A stretch of DNA of 64,000 nucleotides, taken from positions 95 to 64,094 of IMG/VR virus record IMGVR_UViG_3300006201_000003. One strand, given 5' to 3'. This document shows positions 1-8,895 of this stretch, piece by piece (the stretch's first letter is position 1; the number at the start of each line of letters is the position of its first letter). The notes beneath the pieces were generated by a model, which was not told the DNA's origin, ran no database searches, and saw only the letters and a list, made by a program, of their open reading frames with translations. Origin of the DNA: a virus (Duplodnaviria > Heunggongvirae > Uroviricota > Caudoviricetes). The translations under genes and the position numbers were made by a program.

Positions 1-62
1 ATCGGGAGAGCGCCAGCCTGTCACGCTGGAGGTAGCGGGATCAAAACCCGCCGAGGTCGCCA
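1..62 (+). tRNA. trnD: tRNA-Asp(GTC), 5' end truncated by window edge
   Basis: Anticodon arm CCAGC-CTGTCAC-GCTGG, T arm GCGGG-ATCAAAA-CCCGC, ends GGTCG-CCA at 62. Confidence 0.9.
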
Positions 63-65
63 TAT

Positions 66-139
66 AGGGGTTTGGTGTAATGGTAGCATAACAGTCTCCA
101 AAACTGTTGGTGAGAGTTCAAGTCTTTCAGCCCCTGCCA
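66..139 (+). tRNA. trnW: tRNA-Trp(CCA)
   Basis: Acceptor AGGGGTT/AGCCCCT, anticodon arm ACAGT-CTCCAAA-ACTGT, T loop TTCAAGT, encoded CCA. Confidence 0.95.
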
Positions 140-142
140 AAT

Positions 143-218
143 GCTGACATAGCTCTAATGGTAGAGCGGTTGCCTCGTAAGCAATATGTTCAGAGTTCAA
201 GTCTCTGTGTCAGCTCCA
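143..218 (+). tRNA. trnT: tRNA-Thr(CGT)
   Basis: Acceptor GCTGACA/TGTCAGC, anticodon arm TTGC-CTCGTAA-GCAA, T loop TTCAAGT, encoded CCA. Confidence 0.95.
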
Positions 219-560
219 ATCGCCCGATTGAGATAACATATCACGTGTGTGAGTGGCGCACGGAATCCAAGGTGGCCTCCAGCGATGGAGTGACTGGGCG
301 TAAAAGAAATAGCGGTTAGGTGCCGTTGTAGCACCAAAGGTAGGCTGAAATCTGTCTGGGCCATAGCCGCAAGTATGGTGTGCTTGTTACATCGAAATCC
401 TTGGTAGACTTTGACGGGAAACACAAATCCCCCTGCTCCTCAATAGAAAGGCTGAAAGGACTACAGCTTTGCATATGAAGCTGAGTTGTGGTGGTAATAT
501 GGCACAGCGTAAAGGCGTGTGGTGAGGCTGGGAGTGGAGTCACTTTTACAACATACATAT
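219..560 (+). ncRNA. Candidate large structured ncRNA between tRNA-Thr and tRNA-Tyr (family unassigned)
   Basis: About nine short helices, GNRA tetraloops (GCGA 282-285, GCAA 369-372), possible pseudoknot CCAAGG 267-272/CCTTGG 399-404, no RBS-led ORF. Confidence 0.6.
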
Positions 561-649
561 AGGGGAGCGCCGAAGTCGGAGAGTCGGGGCGGTCTGTAAA
601 ACCGTTGCGTTTATGCGCTGAGTGGGTTCGACTCCCACCTCCCTTACCA
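561..649 (+). tRNA. trnY: tRNA-Tyr(GTA)
   Basis: Anticodon arm GCGGT-CTGTAAA-ACCGT, long variable arm, T arm GTGGG-TTCGACT-CCCAC, encoded CCA. Confidence 0.92.
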
Positions 650-652
650 TAT

Positions 653-745
653 GGCGGAATTGACCCCAGTAGGTGCGGGGAGCAGTCTTGAAAACTGTTG
701 GCCGTGATGAGCGGCTTGTGGGTTCGAGTCCTACTTCCGCCGCCA
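653..745 (+). tRNA. trnS: tRNA-Ser(TGA)
   Basis: Acceptor GGCGGAA/TTCCGCC, anticodon loop CTTGAAA, long variable arm GGCCG..CGGCT, encoded CCA. Confidence 0.95.
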
Positions 746-814
746 CGGAACATCTTCGTAGTCCCGATAGAACGTACAGCTCTGGCCCGGAGTACATACG
801 AGGAAGGGCAAATT

Positions 815-882
815 TGAGACACGTACAGCAATTTGTTTGACTCCAAAATCAAACCCTGACCGTCAAATCAGGTAGTGTCTCA
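815..882 (+). ncRNA. tRNA-like element lacking a D arm, Trp-like anticodon loop
   Basis: 8-bp closing stem TGAGACAC/GTGTCTCA; GTTTGA-CTCCAAAA-TCAAAC arm; CCTGA-CCGTCAAA-TCAGG arm; no CCA end. Confidence 0.55.
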
Positions 883-891
883 TATACATAT

Positions 892-967
892 GCGCCAGTA
901 ATTCAGCTGGTAGAATAACCGCCTTTTAAGCGGTAGGTCGAAGGTTCGAGTCCTTTCTGGCGCACCA
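892..967 (+). tRNA. trnK: tRNA-Lys(TTT)
   Basis: Acceptor GCGCCAG/CTGGCGC, anticodon arm ACCGC-CTTTTAA-GCGGT, T loop TTCGAGT, encoded CCA. Confidence 0.95.
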
Positions 968-986
968 TGAAATATTATAACGACTG

Positions 987-1020
987 AAACCTCAGCGATT
1001 TTAAGCCGCTGAGGTTTTGT
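987..1020 (+). terminator. Rho-independent terminator closing the tRNA cluster
   Basis: 11-bp stem AAACCTCAGCG/CGCTGAGGTTT followed by T residues. Confidence 0.75.
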
Positions 1021-1043
1021 CATATTTGAAAGGAGGTCGCAGC

Positions 1044-2015
1044 ATGGCGGCAAAGAAACAACTGAAGAAATCGGTTGCACAAAAAGTTAATAAAGAAGCA
1101 AAGCCAAGTGAAGCAGAGCCGCGTGTTGTGAGCGATGAAATGTATCGTTGTCCTCGTTGTGGTCATAAATATCCGAAGCAGGATGGAAATTTCAATGTGT
1201 CTAAATCTCCACTGTTCAAAGGGAATAATGGCTATGTGGTGTACTGCAAAAAATGTGTAGCTGAGATGTTTGATGAGAATGTAGCATTTTTCGATAAGGA
1301 TGAGGATGCTGCTATGGAACGTGTCTGTCAAATTATTGATCTTTGCGTAAATGAAACGGCTTGGGCAGCTGCACGAAAGATTAGCGCAAATAGAAATCGT
1401 ATGAGCGGATATTTTTCAAAGTTAAATATTCGCCAGAGTAGTGAGGATTCTACCTATTCAGACACACTTGTGCGGCGATTTGAAGCGGAGGCCGAGATGC
1501 CAAATGAAGCATCTGATACTGATGATACCAGTGTAAATCTTGATGTAATTCGCAGATTTGGGCTTGGTTTTTCAGATAGTGATTATGATACATTGCAAGG
1601 CGAGTATGACAGTTGGGTAGAGCGCTGTGGTGCCCCTGTGGATAAACGGCAAGATGAACTTTATGTTTCTATTTGTTATTTGAAGCTAAATCTGCAAAAT
1701 AGCGTTAGGAACGGAGCAGCTGGCGTTGGTGCTCTTGCCAATTCTTATAAAGCGTTTATTGAGGCTGCTACAACAGAAATTGAGGATAGAAAGAAAAAGG
1801 CGGAATCGGAAATGCAGCTGAGTCCTTTGGGCGTGATGATTCGTGATATTGAAGAGCATTGTCCGGCCGATTTTTACAAGGATCAGAAGCTCTATGCCGA
1901 TTACGACCATTTGAGAGAATATATTACCAGATTTATGACACGGCCTTTGAACAATCTTCTGACTGGCTCTAAAGAAATGGATAAGGAGTTTAACCTTTCT
2001 GGATCGGAGGAGTGA
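1044..2015 (+). CDS. Zn-finger protein immediately upstream of terminase large subunit (probable terminase small subunit)
   Basis: AAGGAGGT RBS before ATG 1044; CPRC..CKKC motifs; positional inference. Confidence 0.6.
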   Translation: MAAKKQLKKSVAQKVNKEAKPSEAEPRVVSDEMYRCPRCGHKYPKQDGNFNVSKSPLFKGNNGYVVYCKKCVAEMFDENVAFFDKDEDAAMERVCQIIDLCVNETAWAAARKISANRNRMSGYFSKLNIRQSSEDSTYSDTLVRRFEAEAEMPNEASDTDDTSVNLDVIRRFGLGFSDSDYDTLQGEYDSWVERCGAPVDKRQDELYVSICYLKLNLQNSVRNGAAGVGALANSYKAFIEAATTEIEDRKKKAESEMQLSPLGVMIRDIEEHCPADFYKDQKLYADYDHLREYITRFMTRPLNNLLTGSKEMDKEFNLSGSEE

Positions 2016-2017
2016 GT

Positions 2018-3820
2018 ATGAAGTATGAAAAGGTAATGGATGAGCGGCAACGTCATTTGCATGAACATTTTTCTTCGTCCAATTATTTGGGAGATCCACA
2101 GAGAGTCCAAAAACTGATGGATTGGATAACATTTTGGAGGAGAAATCCAAGCCGATTTGTTCAGTATTATTTTGGAATCACGCTCCATCTCTATCAACAC
2201 ATTATCTTGTTCCTAATGGACATTTATCCGAGTATTTGCCTTGTTGCAGCACGAAGCGCCGCCAAGTCCTTTATCATCGCAATATACGCTTGTAAGGAAG
2301 CAATTCTGCGGCCTGGTGCAAGAATCGTTGTGGCTTCAGCAACAAAAGGTCAGGCAAAATTGATTGTTTCTGAAAAAATTCAGAAAGAGATTTTGCCTCG
2401 TTCTCCTTTGTTGCAGGAAGAAATTGAACGTATTAGGGATAATCAAAACGAAATTGAGGTGTTTTTCCGCAACGGCAGTTCTATTATCGTTGTGCCGGCT
2501 AATGATAACGCTCGTGGACATCGTGCTACTGTTATGATTTACGAAGAGTTTCGTATGATTTTGAAGAATATCATTGATACGGTTCTTTCTCCGTTCCTAT
2601 ATGTTCGGCAAGTGCCATGTATTCTGAAATATGAAGAGTATGGCTCTTTGATTGAGGAACCGAAAGAGGTCTACATTAGTTCCGCATGGTACAAAAACCA
2701 TTGGATGTGGGATTTGATGAAGATTATAGTTAAGGATATGCTGGAAAAAGATTCTGCTATCATTATCGGAATGGATTACAGCATTTCTTTGAAACACGCA
2801 ATCAAGCCGAGAGCGTTCCTTATTAAAGAGCGGAATAAGCTCGACAGTGTTGCCTGGGCAATCGAGTATGAAAACCAAATGATTGCAGAAAACGCCCATG
2901 CTTATTTCACATATGAAATGCTTAACAAGAACCGTTGCTTGAAACGACCATTTTATCCGAGGAAAAATGAGGACGTTCTTACGAGAGTAAAGAACCCATT
3001 CGCAATTCCAAGACAGCAAGGAGAAATTCGTATTGTTGCCTGCGATATTGCGACAGAGGGTGGAGATAGCAATGATAACTCAATTTTTTGCTGTATCCGC
3101 GCACTTCCTGAGAGTATGGAATACAAAACTTCTGATGTCAATGGTGATCATGTTGAGGTGAAGCAAGGTTATCGCCGGCAAGTGCTGTATATGGAGCCTC
3201 AGACAGAGTTTGAGACAACCAAGCAGGCAATTCGGATTAAACAGCTTTTCACAGACTTCGATGCTGATTACTGTGTTCTGGATACACGGAACGCAGGTAT
3301 TGCTATTTATGACGCATTGGCGAAGGTGCTCTATGATGTTGAGCGCAATGTTGAATATGAGCCGTGGACGTGTATGAATGATGACAATTTGAAGTCTCGT
3401 ATTGTAATTGCTGGGCAAAAAGAGGTTGTTTTTTCAATCAAAGCACAGTTGGAAACCAACAGCAGGATTGCGGTGTGCATGAAGAATACTCTGAACAGCA
3501 AAATGATTGAGTTGATGGTGCCAAACCAAGAGGGCGTTGAGGAACTGCAACGGTTTGTGCCAGATTATGCGACCGCAGATGTGGAGACACAGCTTTTCTA
3601 CGAACGTCCATTTTTGGAGACTGTTGCTCTAATCAATGAGATGATTAGTTTGGAGTATACTGTGCAAAATCAAACGGGGCTTATTAAGATTGAAGAAAAG
3701 TCTGGAGCACGTAAAGACCGATATACGTCTGTCTCTTATGGCAACTATTTTATTGAACTTTTGGAGCAGGATCTGTTTTCGGATAGTTCAGAATATGAAT
3801 ATGTAACATTGTTCAACTAA
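2018..3820 (+). CDS. terL: Terminase large subunit
   Basis: Walker A-like ARSAAKS, Walker B MIYEEF, nuclease ACDIA and KDRY motifs; directly before portal. Confidence 0.9.
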   Translation: MKYEKVMDERQRHLHEHFSSSNYLGDPQRVQKLMDWITFWRRNPSRFVQYYFGITLHLYQHIILFLMDIYPSICLVAARSAAKSFIIAIYACKEAILRPGARIVVASATKGQAKLIVSEKIQKEILPRSPLLQEEIERIRDNQNEIEVFFRNGSSIIVVPANDNARGHRATVMIYEEFRMILKNIIDTVLSPFLYVRQVPCILKYEEYGSLIEEPKEVYISSAWYKNHWMWDLMKIIVKDMLEKDSAIIIGMDYSISLKHAIKPRAFLIKERNKLDSVAWAIEYENQMIAENAHAYFTYEMLNKNRCLKRPFYPRKNEDVLTRVKNPFAIPRQQGEIRIVACDIATEGGDSNDNSIFCCIRALPESMEYKTSDVNGDHVEVKQGYRRQVLYMEPQTEFETTKQAIRIKQLFTDFDADYCVLDTRNAGIAIYDALAKVLYDVERNVEYEPWTCMNDDNLKSRIVIAGQKEVVFSIKAQLETNSRIAVCMKNTLNSKMIELMVPNQEGVEELQRFVPDYATADVETQLFYERPFLETVALINEMISLEYTVQNQTGLIKIEEKSGARKDRYTSVSYGNYFIELLEQDLFSDSSEYEYVTLFN

Positions 3821-3834
3821 GGAGGTGAGGGCTT

Positions 3835-5508
3835 ATGGCAGGTGAATCAAAAATCCGTGCATGGTGGAATCGAATTATCCAATCAAGTGAATCACAGCAA
3901 ATGGTATCAGAGCAGAACGCAGTTGCACCAGCGATGGACGCGGTTTTGCATGAGTTCAATACTCAGCTTGGTGTATATATGAATATTGTTTCGCAAACCA
4001 GCAAGGGGCAAGCGCCATATTCTACAGAACAAGTAGTTAGAATGGCACAAGAGCCGATGCGATATATTACTGAGCTACGCCGTTGGGCACGTTGGGCATA
4101 TTACTCCAATGGTACAGTTGGAACAGCAATCGACACTCTGACAAGTCTTCACTCACTGGACTATATTGTAACTGCAAGGCCAAAGAAATCAGGTGTGCAG
4201 CGTAAGGGGTATCGTACCAGTTCTGATCGTATGAATAGTGTTCTTCGGTCTATGCGATACAAAGAGGTAATCCGAGACGCTATTTTTCATAATGCTAACG
4301 AAGGTATGTACGTTGGCTACATGGAGACAAGAACTGTTCCTGTTGACCGTCGCATAGCATTGACTGATTTGGATATTCAAGGGATTACCGATATTAACTC
4401 AGCCGGTATTAACACAGTTGTCATTTCTCTTCCAATCGAATATGTGAGGATTATTGGCCGTAGGAACAACTGCTACGAGGTAGCATTTGACCTACGGTAT
4501 TTTGATGGTATGACAGAGAATGAACGCAAACGCAAATTGAGTGGGTTTCCACGCCAAATTCAAGATGGTTGGGTGAAGTATCACAATGGTGCTTTTGAAA
4601 GTGGAGCAACATGGTTACGTTTGGACTGGAAAAAAACCATAGTAACAAAAATTAAAAGTGGTCAAAACGATCCATATGGCGTCCCTTTTGCCGTGGCCGC
4701 TTTGGATGATATTGATTATGCGAAGTATTTTGTCAATACGAAACGCCGTGTGCTTGATAAGGTAAACAACCAAATTTACTATGAGACGTTCCCAGAGGGC
4801 AAGGACAAGGGGACATCTGCGTTGTCTCAGAAACAGCAGGAAAATCAGCATAATACTGTAAAACAGGCTTTGACTCAACGCACCAATTCTGCTGGTATTG
4901 CATTTTTCTCTTTGGCCGCTGGTACAAAAATGGATAGCTTACCAGTTGATATTTCTTTGCTTGATGAGGAAAACGAGAACGCTATCAAGGAAGATGTAAA
5001 CGAAGATCTGGGAATATCTTCTGCTGCTTTGAGTGGAAGTTCTACTGGCAACTATGCTACAGCGACATTAAACATGGAGATTGTTGCGAACAATGTGTTT
5101 ACATGGATTGAGGCGATTGTTGAGGAATTGAATAAGTGTTTGAACTATAACGTAATTCGGGATGGCAGTTATCGAATTGAGTTTCGTGTTCTCCCCATTA
5201 CGTTTGTCAATAGGGAAAAACAGGTCAAATTTTTCTCAGACCTCTATGCGCGTGGTAAGGGTAGTTTGCTTGCTTGGATTGCTTCAACTGGAATCAACGC
5301 CGACGATTATCTTTCCTTGATGGATTATGAGTTGGAAGAGGATTTTGAAAATCGTTATCCAGTGCATAAGACCTCGTTCACTGTTACGGGCAAAGATGCT
5401 CCAGATGGTGATGTTGACAAGAGTACAGGAGATCTTTCTGTAAACCCTGCCACAGAGTCAACAAATGCCAATAACGGTAACGCAAGTCCGTCTCCTTCAG
5501 ATACGTAG
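3835..5508 (+). CDS. Portal protein
   Basis: 557 aa after terL; DPYGVP-type motif; position in head module. Confidence 0.8.
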   Translation: MAGESKIRAWWNRIIQSSESQQMVSEQNAVAPAMDAVLHEFNTQLGVYMNIVSQTSKGQAPYSTEQVVRMAQEPMRYITELRRWARWAYYSNGTVGTAIDTLTSLHSLDYIVTARPKKSGVQRKGYRTSSDRMNSVLRSMRYKEVIRDAIFHNANEGMYVGYMETRTVPVDRRIALTDLDIQGITDINSAGINTVVISLPIEYVRIIGRRNNCYEVAFDLRYFDGMTENERKRKLSGFPRQIQDGWVKYHNGAFESGATWLRLDWKKTIVTKIKSGQNDPYGVPFAVAALDDIDYAKYFVNTKRRVLDKVNNQIYYETFPEGKDKGTSALSQKQQENQHNTVKQALTQRTNSAGIAFFSLAAGTKMDSLPVDISLLDEENENAIKEDVNEDLGISSAALSGSSTGNYATATLNMEIVANNVFTWIEAIVEELNKCLNYNVIRDGSYRIEFRVLPITFVNREKQVKFFSDLYARGKGSLLAWIASTGINADDYLSLMDYELEEDFENRYPVHKTSFTVTGKDAPDGDVDKSTGDLSVNPATESTNANNGNASPSPSDT

Positions 5509-5521
5509 GAGGTGAAAGAAA

Positions 5522-6718
5522 ATGTACGGTGAGAGAGTTTTTACCCCAAGATATGAAGTTTCCAGCAAATGTAACATTGCAGGTAGGCGTCCAATCAAAG
5601 TGATCTTGCACGAGATTTTCACCGATGATAGTCAATGGCAAGAGAACGGGATCTCGTGGTTGGAACCATATGTGGAAGAGAATCTTCATTCAGTAATCGG
5701 AATGTCTATCGTTGCTGAATTTTTAACTGGAGATCGGGATATTCCGTATGGGCATGGAATGACTGAGGTTCGGACACGGGATAATCTTCCATTGTTTGAA
5801 GACGCAACAATGGTTGGGCATTTTGATAAGGCATATGTAGATAGTGTGGAAATCGACGGAGTGACGAAGCGTGTATTAGTTGCTGAAGGTACTTTGGACG
5901 AAATGCGCTATCCAAAATTTGTGGCTTGGCTGAGAGAACACATGGAAGAGTCTACAATTAAAGGATCTGTGGAAATTGTGGGAAAGGCCGAGCATGACAG
6001 ACACATTATTTACTCCGGCGGTTGGAAAGATCAAGGACGCGTGCCGCAAATCTATGATTATAGCGGTTATGCGATTTTGAGTATCAAACCGGCTGATGAG
6101 GCCGCTATCGTGATGGAGTTAAATAATAAAAAGCAAAAAAAGGAGGAAATCGAAATGGATGAGAAGCTGAAGAACGAATTGATGGCGGTCGTCTCTGGCG
6201 CTGTTTCTGAGTCCAATTCCAAATGGGATGAATATTGGGCAAAGGTTGAGGCGAAGGATGCTGAAATCGCCCAGCTCCAGGCGGACATCAAGGGCAAGGA
6301 AGCTGAGATCGCCCAGCTGAGAGCTGATTTTGAAAAGGCAAATGCGGCTCAGGCAGCTGCTGAGGCTGGTCTGACAGAAGCTAATGCTGCCAAAGAAGCT
6401 GCTGAGGCTGGTCTGGCCGAAGCCAACAGTAAAATTGCCGCTCTGGAAAATGAGAGTGCCATTGCCGAGTTGAATGCTGCCCTGGCTCCCTATACTGAGG
6501 AGCAGCGTGCGATCGCCAAGGAAGAGATTGACGCATTCAATGCCAATCCTGGAAGTGTAGAGATTAACACGATTGTCGGAAAAATCTGTACCGAAATGGT
6601 GCGTGTGTCTCGTGAGAACCACATCTCTGAGACGAACGCCACAAATGAGATTGACGTTTTCGCTATCACAGATAGTCCAAAACAGGAAAATGATGATGGC
6701 GAAGTAAACGTATTCTAA
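5522..6718 (+). CDS. Prohead protease/scaffold fusion
   Basis: N-terminal protease-like domain (GHGM..GSVEI), C-terminal Ala/Glu-rich coiled coil; between portal and capsid genes. Confidence 0.7.
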   Translation: MYGERVFTPRYEVSSKCNIAGRRPIKVILHEIFTDDSQWQENGISWLEPYVEENLHSVIGMSIVAEFLTGDRDIPYGHGMTEVRTRDNLPLFEDATMVGHFDKAYVDSVEIDGVTKRVLVAEGTLDEMRYPKFVAWLREHMEESTIKGSVEIVGKAEHDRHIIYSGGWKDQGRVPQIYDYSGYAILSIKPADEAAIVMELNNKKQKKEEIEMDEKLKNELMAVVSGAVSESNSKWDEYWAKVEAKDAEIAQLQADIKGKEAEIAQLRADFEKANAAQAAAEAGLTEANAAKEAAEAGLAEANSKIAALENESAIAELNAALAPYTEEQRAIAKEEIDAFNANPGSVEINTIVGKICTEMVRVSRENHISETNATNEIDVFAITDSPKQENDDGEVNVF

Positions 6719-6737
6719 GAAAGGAAGGTATGTAACA

Positions 6738-7205
6738 ATGAAATACAAGACGATTGGAGCTTTCGCCAAGGGTGTTCAGAATGTTGGATACTGCAAGGCG
6801 ACCACCGATCTGAAGGTCGGTATGGGTGTCATTCTGGATCGTGTCGCAAAGACAGCCAGCTTGCCCGCTGATGATGCAGAGGCTAAGGCTTGCCACCGCA
6901 TCGTTACCAATATCAACGATAAGCCTGAGATGCACAATTTCAGTGAAACACTGGATGTTTTGAAGGGCGAGTATGTCCGTGCTGACGATCTGACCAGTGT
7001 TGCAAATCTGGAGATTGAGTTTGCGAAGTACGAGATCAAGGACGGCGACTATGATGGTCTGGCCGCTGGTGACAAGCTGGTGTTTGGCACTGATGGTCTA
7101 ATCACTAAGACCGCTGATGCAACTGGTTACAAGGTGTACTTTGAGGTTATTGAGAAGACTGCATATATGGGTCTTGGCCTGCTGGCCGTTATCCGTGTGC
7201 AGTAA
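6738..7205 (+). CDS. Head decoration/cement-like protein
   Basis: 155 aa directly before major capsid; positional inference. Confidence 0.55.
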   Translation: MKYKTIGAFAKGVQNVGYCKATTDLKVGMGVILDRVAKTASLPADDAEAKACHRIVTNINDKPEMHNFSETLDVLKGEYVRADDLTSVANLEIEFAKYEIKDGDYDGLAAGDKLVFGTDGLITKTADATGYKVYFEVIEKTAYMGLGLLAVIRVQ

Positions 7206-7223
7206 TGAAGGAGGGAGAATATA

Positions 7224-8330
7224 ATGAGCACGATTTACGAAATCAATATGTCCAATGCTCAGGCCGACATTGATACTGGACGTGTCAAGCAGAACTCTCC
7301 CGTTGTCGAGGTGTTTTCTGCTCTCGCAGCGGGTAAGAAACCCAATGTGGATGCCAAGGTTTTGGACAAGTCCGTGGCAACTCTGAAAGAGCTGTCTTCT
7401 AAGGCTTTGGCTGGCGACCATGCCGCACAGAGCGAGATCAATACCATTATCCGCTTTGCAATCGAGCCAAAACTTTTGGAGGCCGTTCGCCTGTTTGACT
7501 TTATGGGTACTTATCGTCGGATCGGATATCACGAGGCTCCAATGATGAAGACCTACAACTATGAGAGCATTGATTCTCGGTTCCAGGCTTCCAGTGCCGA
7601 TGTGCCGTTTGCGGCCTACAAATGGCGTGAGTATCCTATCGGCACCCAGACTATTTCTTCTGGTTTTGCTGTTGATTATCGTGAACTTCAAAGCGGTAAC
7701 TTTGACGGTAATATTGCCGAGGGTATGAACCAGGTGCAGACTGATATGCAGAACAAGGCCGTTTACTATGTGATGACCGTTCTGTATAATGGCTTGAAGA
7801 ACGCAAAGGGTGTCAAGCATTTTGCAGAGTCCAGTGGTATTACCAAGACAGGCGTTGACAATATGTTGAAGACTATGCGCCGGTACGGTAAGGTCAATAT
7901 TGCTGGCGATTACAGTGTAGTGTCCCAGTTCAACGATTTTGCTGGCTTTAAGCTGCTGGCGGCTGACGAAGTTCGCTATGCAAACACTGTGGTCGCTGAG
8001 GAGATCCGTAAAACTGGCCTTGTGAATATGTATAATGGCGCTATTGTGACTGAGCTTCCAAACGCAATCAACTGGACTAAACTGAATACTGATGGAACCG
8101 ATTATGCTATGTATATGCCACAGGGTCTGCTGTTCTTCCTGCCTCGTGGCGCTGTGTCTCCATTGCAGGTCTTCCTGCGTGGCGGTATGACCACAATGAC
8201 TGGCGATGACATTGTGACCCGTCAGCATCTGACCCGCTTCGATATGGAGCTTGGTGCTGGTATTGCTGAGGGTATGGAGGATCAGATTGGTCTGATTTCC
8301 GACACCAATTTTGAGGTTCCTGCCATTTAA
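7224..8330 (+). CDS. Major capsid protein
   Basis: 368 aa, strongly biased codon usage, position in head module, followed by terminator. Confidence 0.8.
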   Translation: MSTIYEINMSNAQADIDTGRVKQNSPVVEVFSALAAGKKPNVDAKVLDKSVATLKELSSKALAGDHAAQSEINTIIRFAIEPKLLEAVRLFDFMGTYRRIGYHEAPMMKTYNYESIDSRFQASSADVPFAAYKWREYPIGTQTISSGFAVDYRELQSGNFDGNIAEGMNQVQTDMQNKAVYYVMTVLYNGLKNAKGVKHFAESSGITKTGVDNMLKTMRRYGKVNIAGDYSVVSQFNDFAGFKLLAADEVRYANTVVAEEIRKTGLVNMYNGAIVTELPNAINWTKLNTDGTDYAMYMPQGLLFFLPRGAVSPLQVFLRGGMTTMTGDDIVTRQHLTRFDMELGAGIAEGMEDQIGLISDTNFEVPAI

Positions 8331-8349
8331 GTGGCGAATTAAATCAAAA

Positions 8350-8379
8350 CGGGAGGGGTAATACCCCTCCCGAATTTTC
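8350..8379 (+). terminator. Terminator after capsid gene
   Basis: Stem CGGGAGGGG/CCCCTCCCG then AATTTT. Confidence 0.7.
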
Positions 8380-8398
8380 AATGACAAGGAGAATTGTT

Positions 8399-8869
8399 AT
8401 GACGGCGAATAACAATGTTCTGGTAAACAATTTGTGTTCATGGCCTCTTTCATTCTGGCGCAAAGCTGGACAGGGTGATATTGAGATTCCAGCTAATGCA
8501 AAAAACTATCCATTGCTGTCTTTTGAGGAGGTTTTGGCACAAATTCAAACTGGAAACAAGATGTTCACTGGTACGGATGGTATGGGGAACCATGCACGTA
8601 TCCAGATTGTGAATGATGAACAACGCAAACAGCTTTTTGGACTGGAGAGCGTAGAGACGGAAGATCCTACTTTGCTCAATTTGGAGGCTGTTAAGGCGTT
8701 GCTGGCGATTCGTACAAAGGCAAAATTCAATGAGCAGCTTCAAGCGATGGTAAAAACTGACGCAGAAAAGAAGATGCTGGTTGAACTTGCAAAACAAGCT
8801 GGCTCTGATGAGGCTGAGGCTTGGAAAGTTGACGCTTTGCGTGAGTTGGCTGATACCTCTACCGTTTGA
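8399..8869 (+). CDS. Hypothetical virion morphogenesis protein
   Basis: RBS AAGGAG before ATG 8399; operon position. Confidence 0.55.
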   Translation: MTANNNVLVNNLCSWPLSFWRKAGQGDIEIPANAKNYPLLSFEEVLAQIQTGNKMFTGTDGMGNHARIQIVNDEQRKQLFGLESVETEDPTLLNLEAVKALLAIRTKAKFNEQLQAMVKTDAEKKMLVELAKQAGSDEAEAWKVDALRELADTSTV

Positions 8870-8895
8870 TTCTAAGAAAGGAGAAGGTGTGGGCT

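Noticed and set aside
746-810. tRNA-associated HDV-like (theta) ribozyme after tRNA-Ser or tRNA-Thr
   Set aside because: I could not build P1/P1.1/P3 in the required order; there is no GG for P1.1 after the candidate P1
107-1080. ORF-track entries over the tRNA cluster (107-319, 197-424, 316-852, 546-797, 880-1080)
   Set aside because: They overlap canonical tRNAs, lack RBSs and read as translated tRNA sequence
7098-8387. 429-aa minus-strand ORF opposite the capsid gene; similar ones at 11599-12570, 32464-33081, 39851-40639 and 40751-41482
   Set aside because: Antisense shadows of strongly codon-biased structural genes, with no RBS or protein motifs
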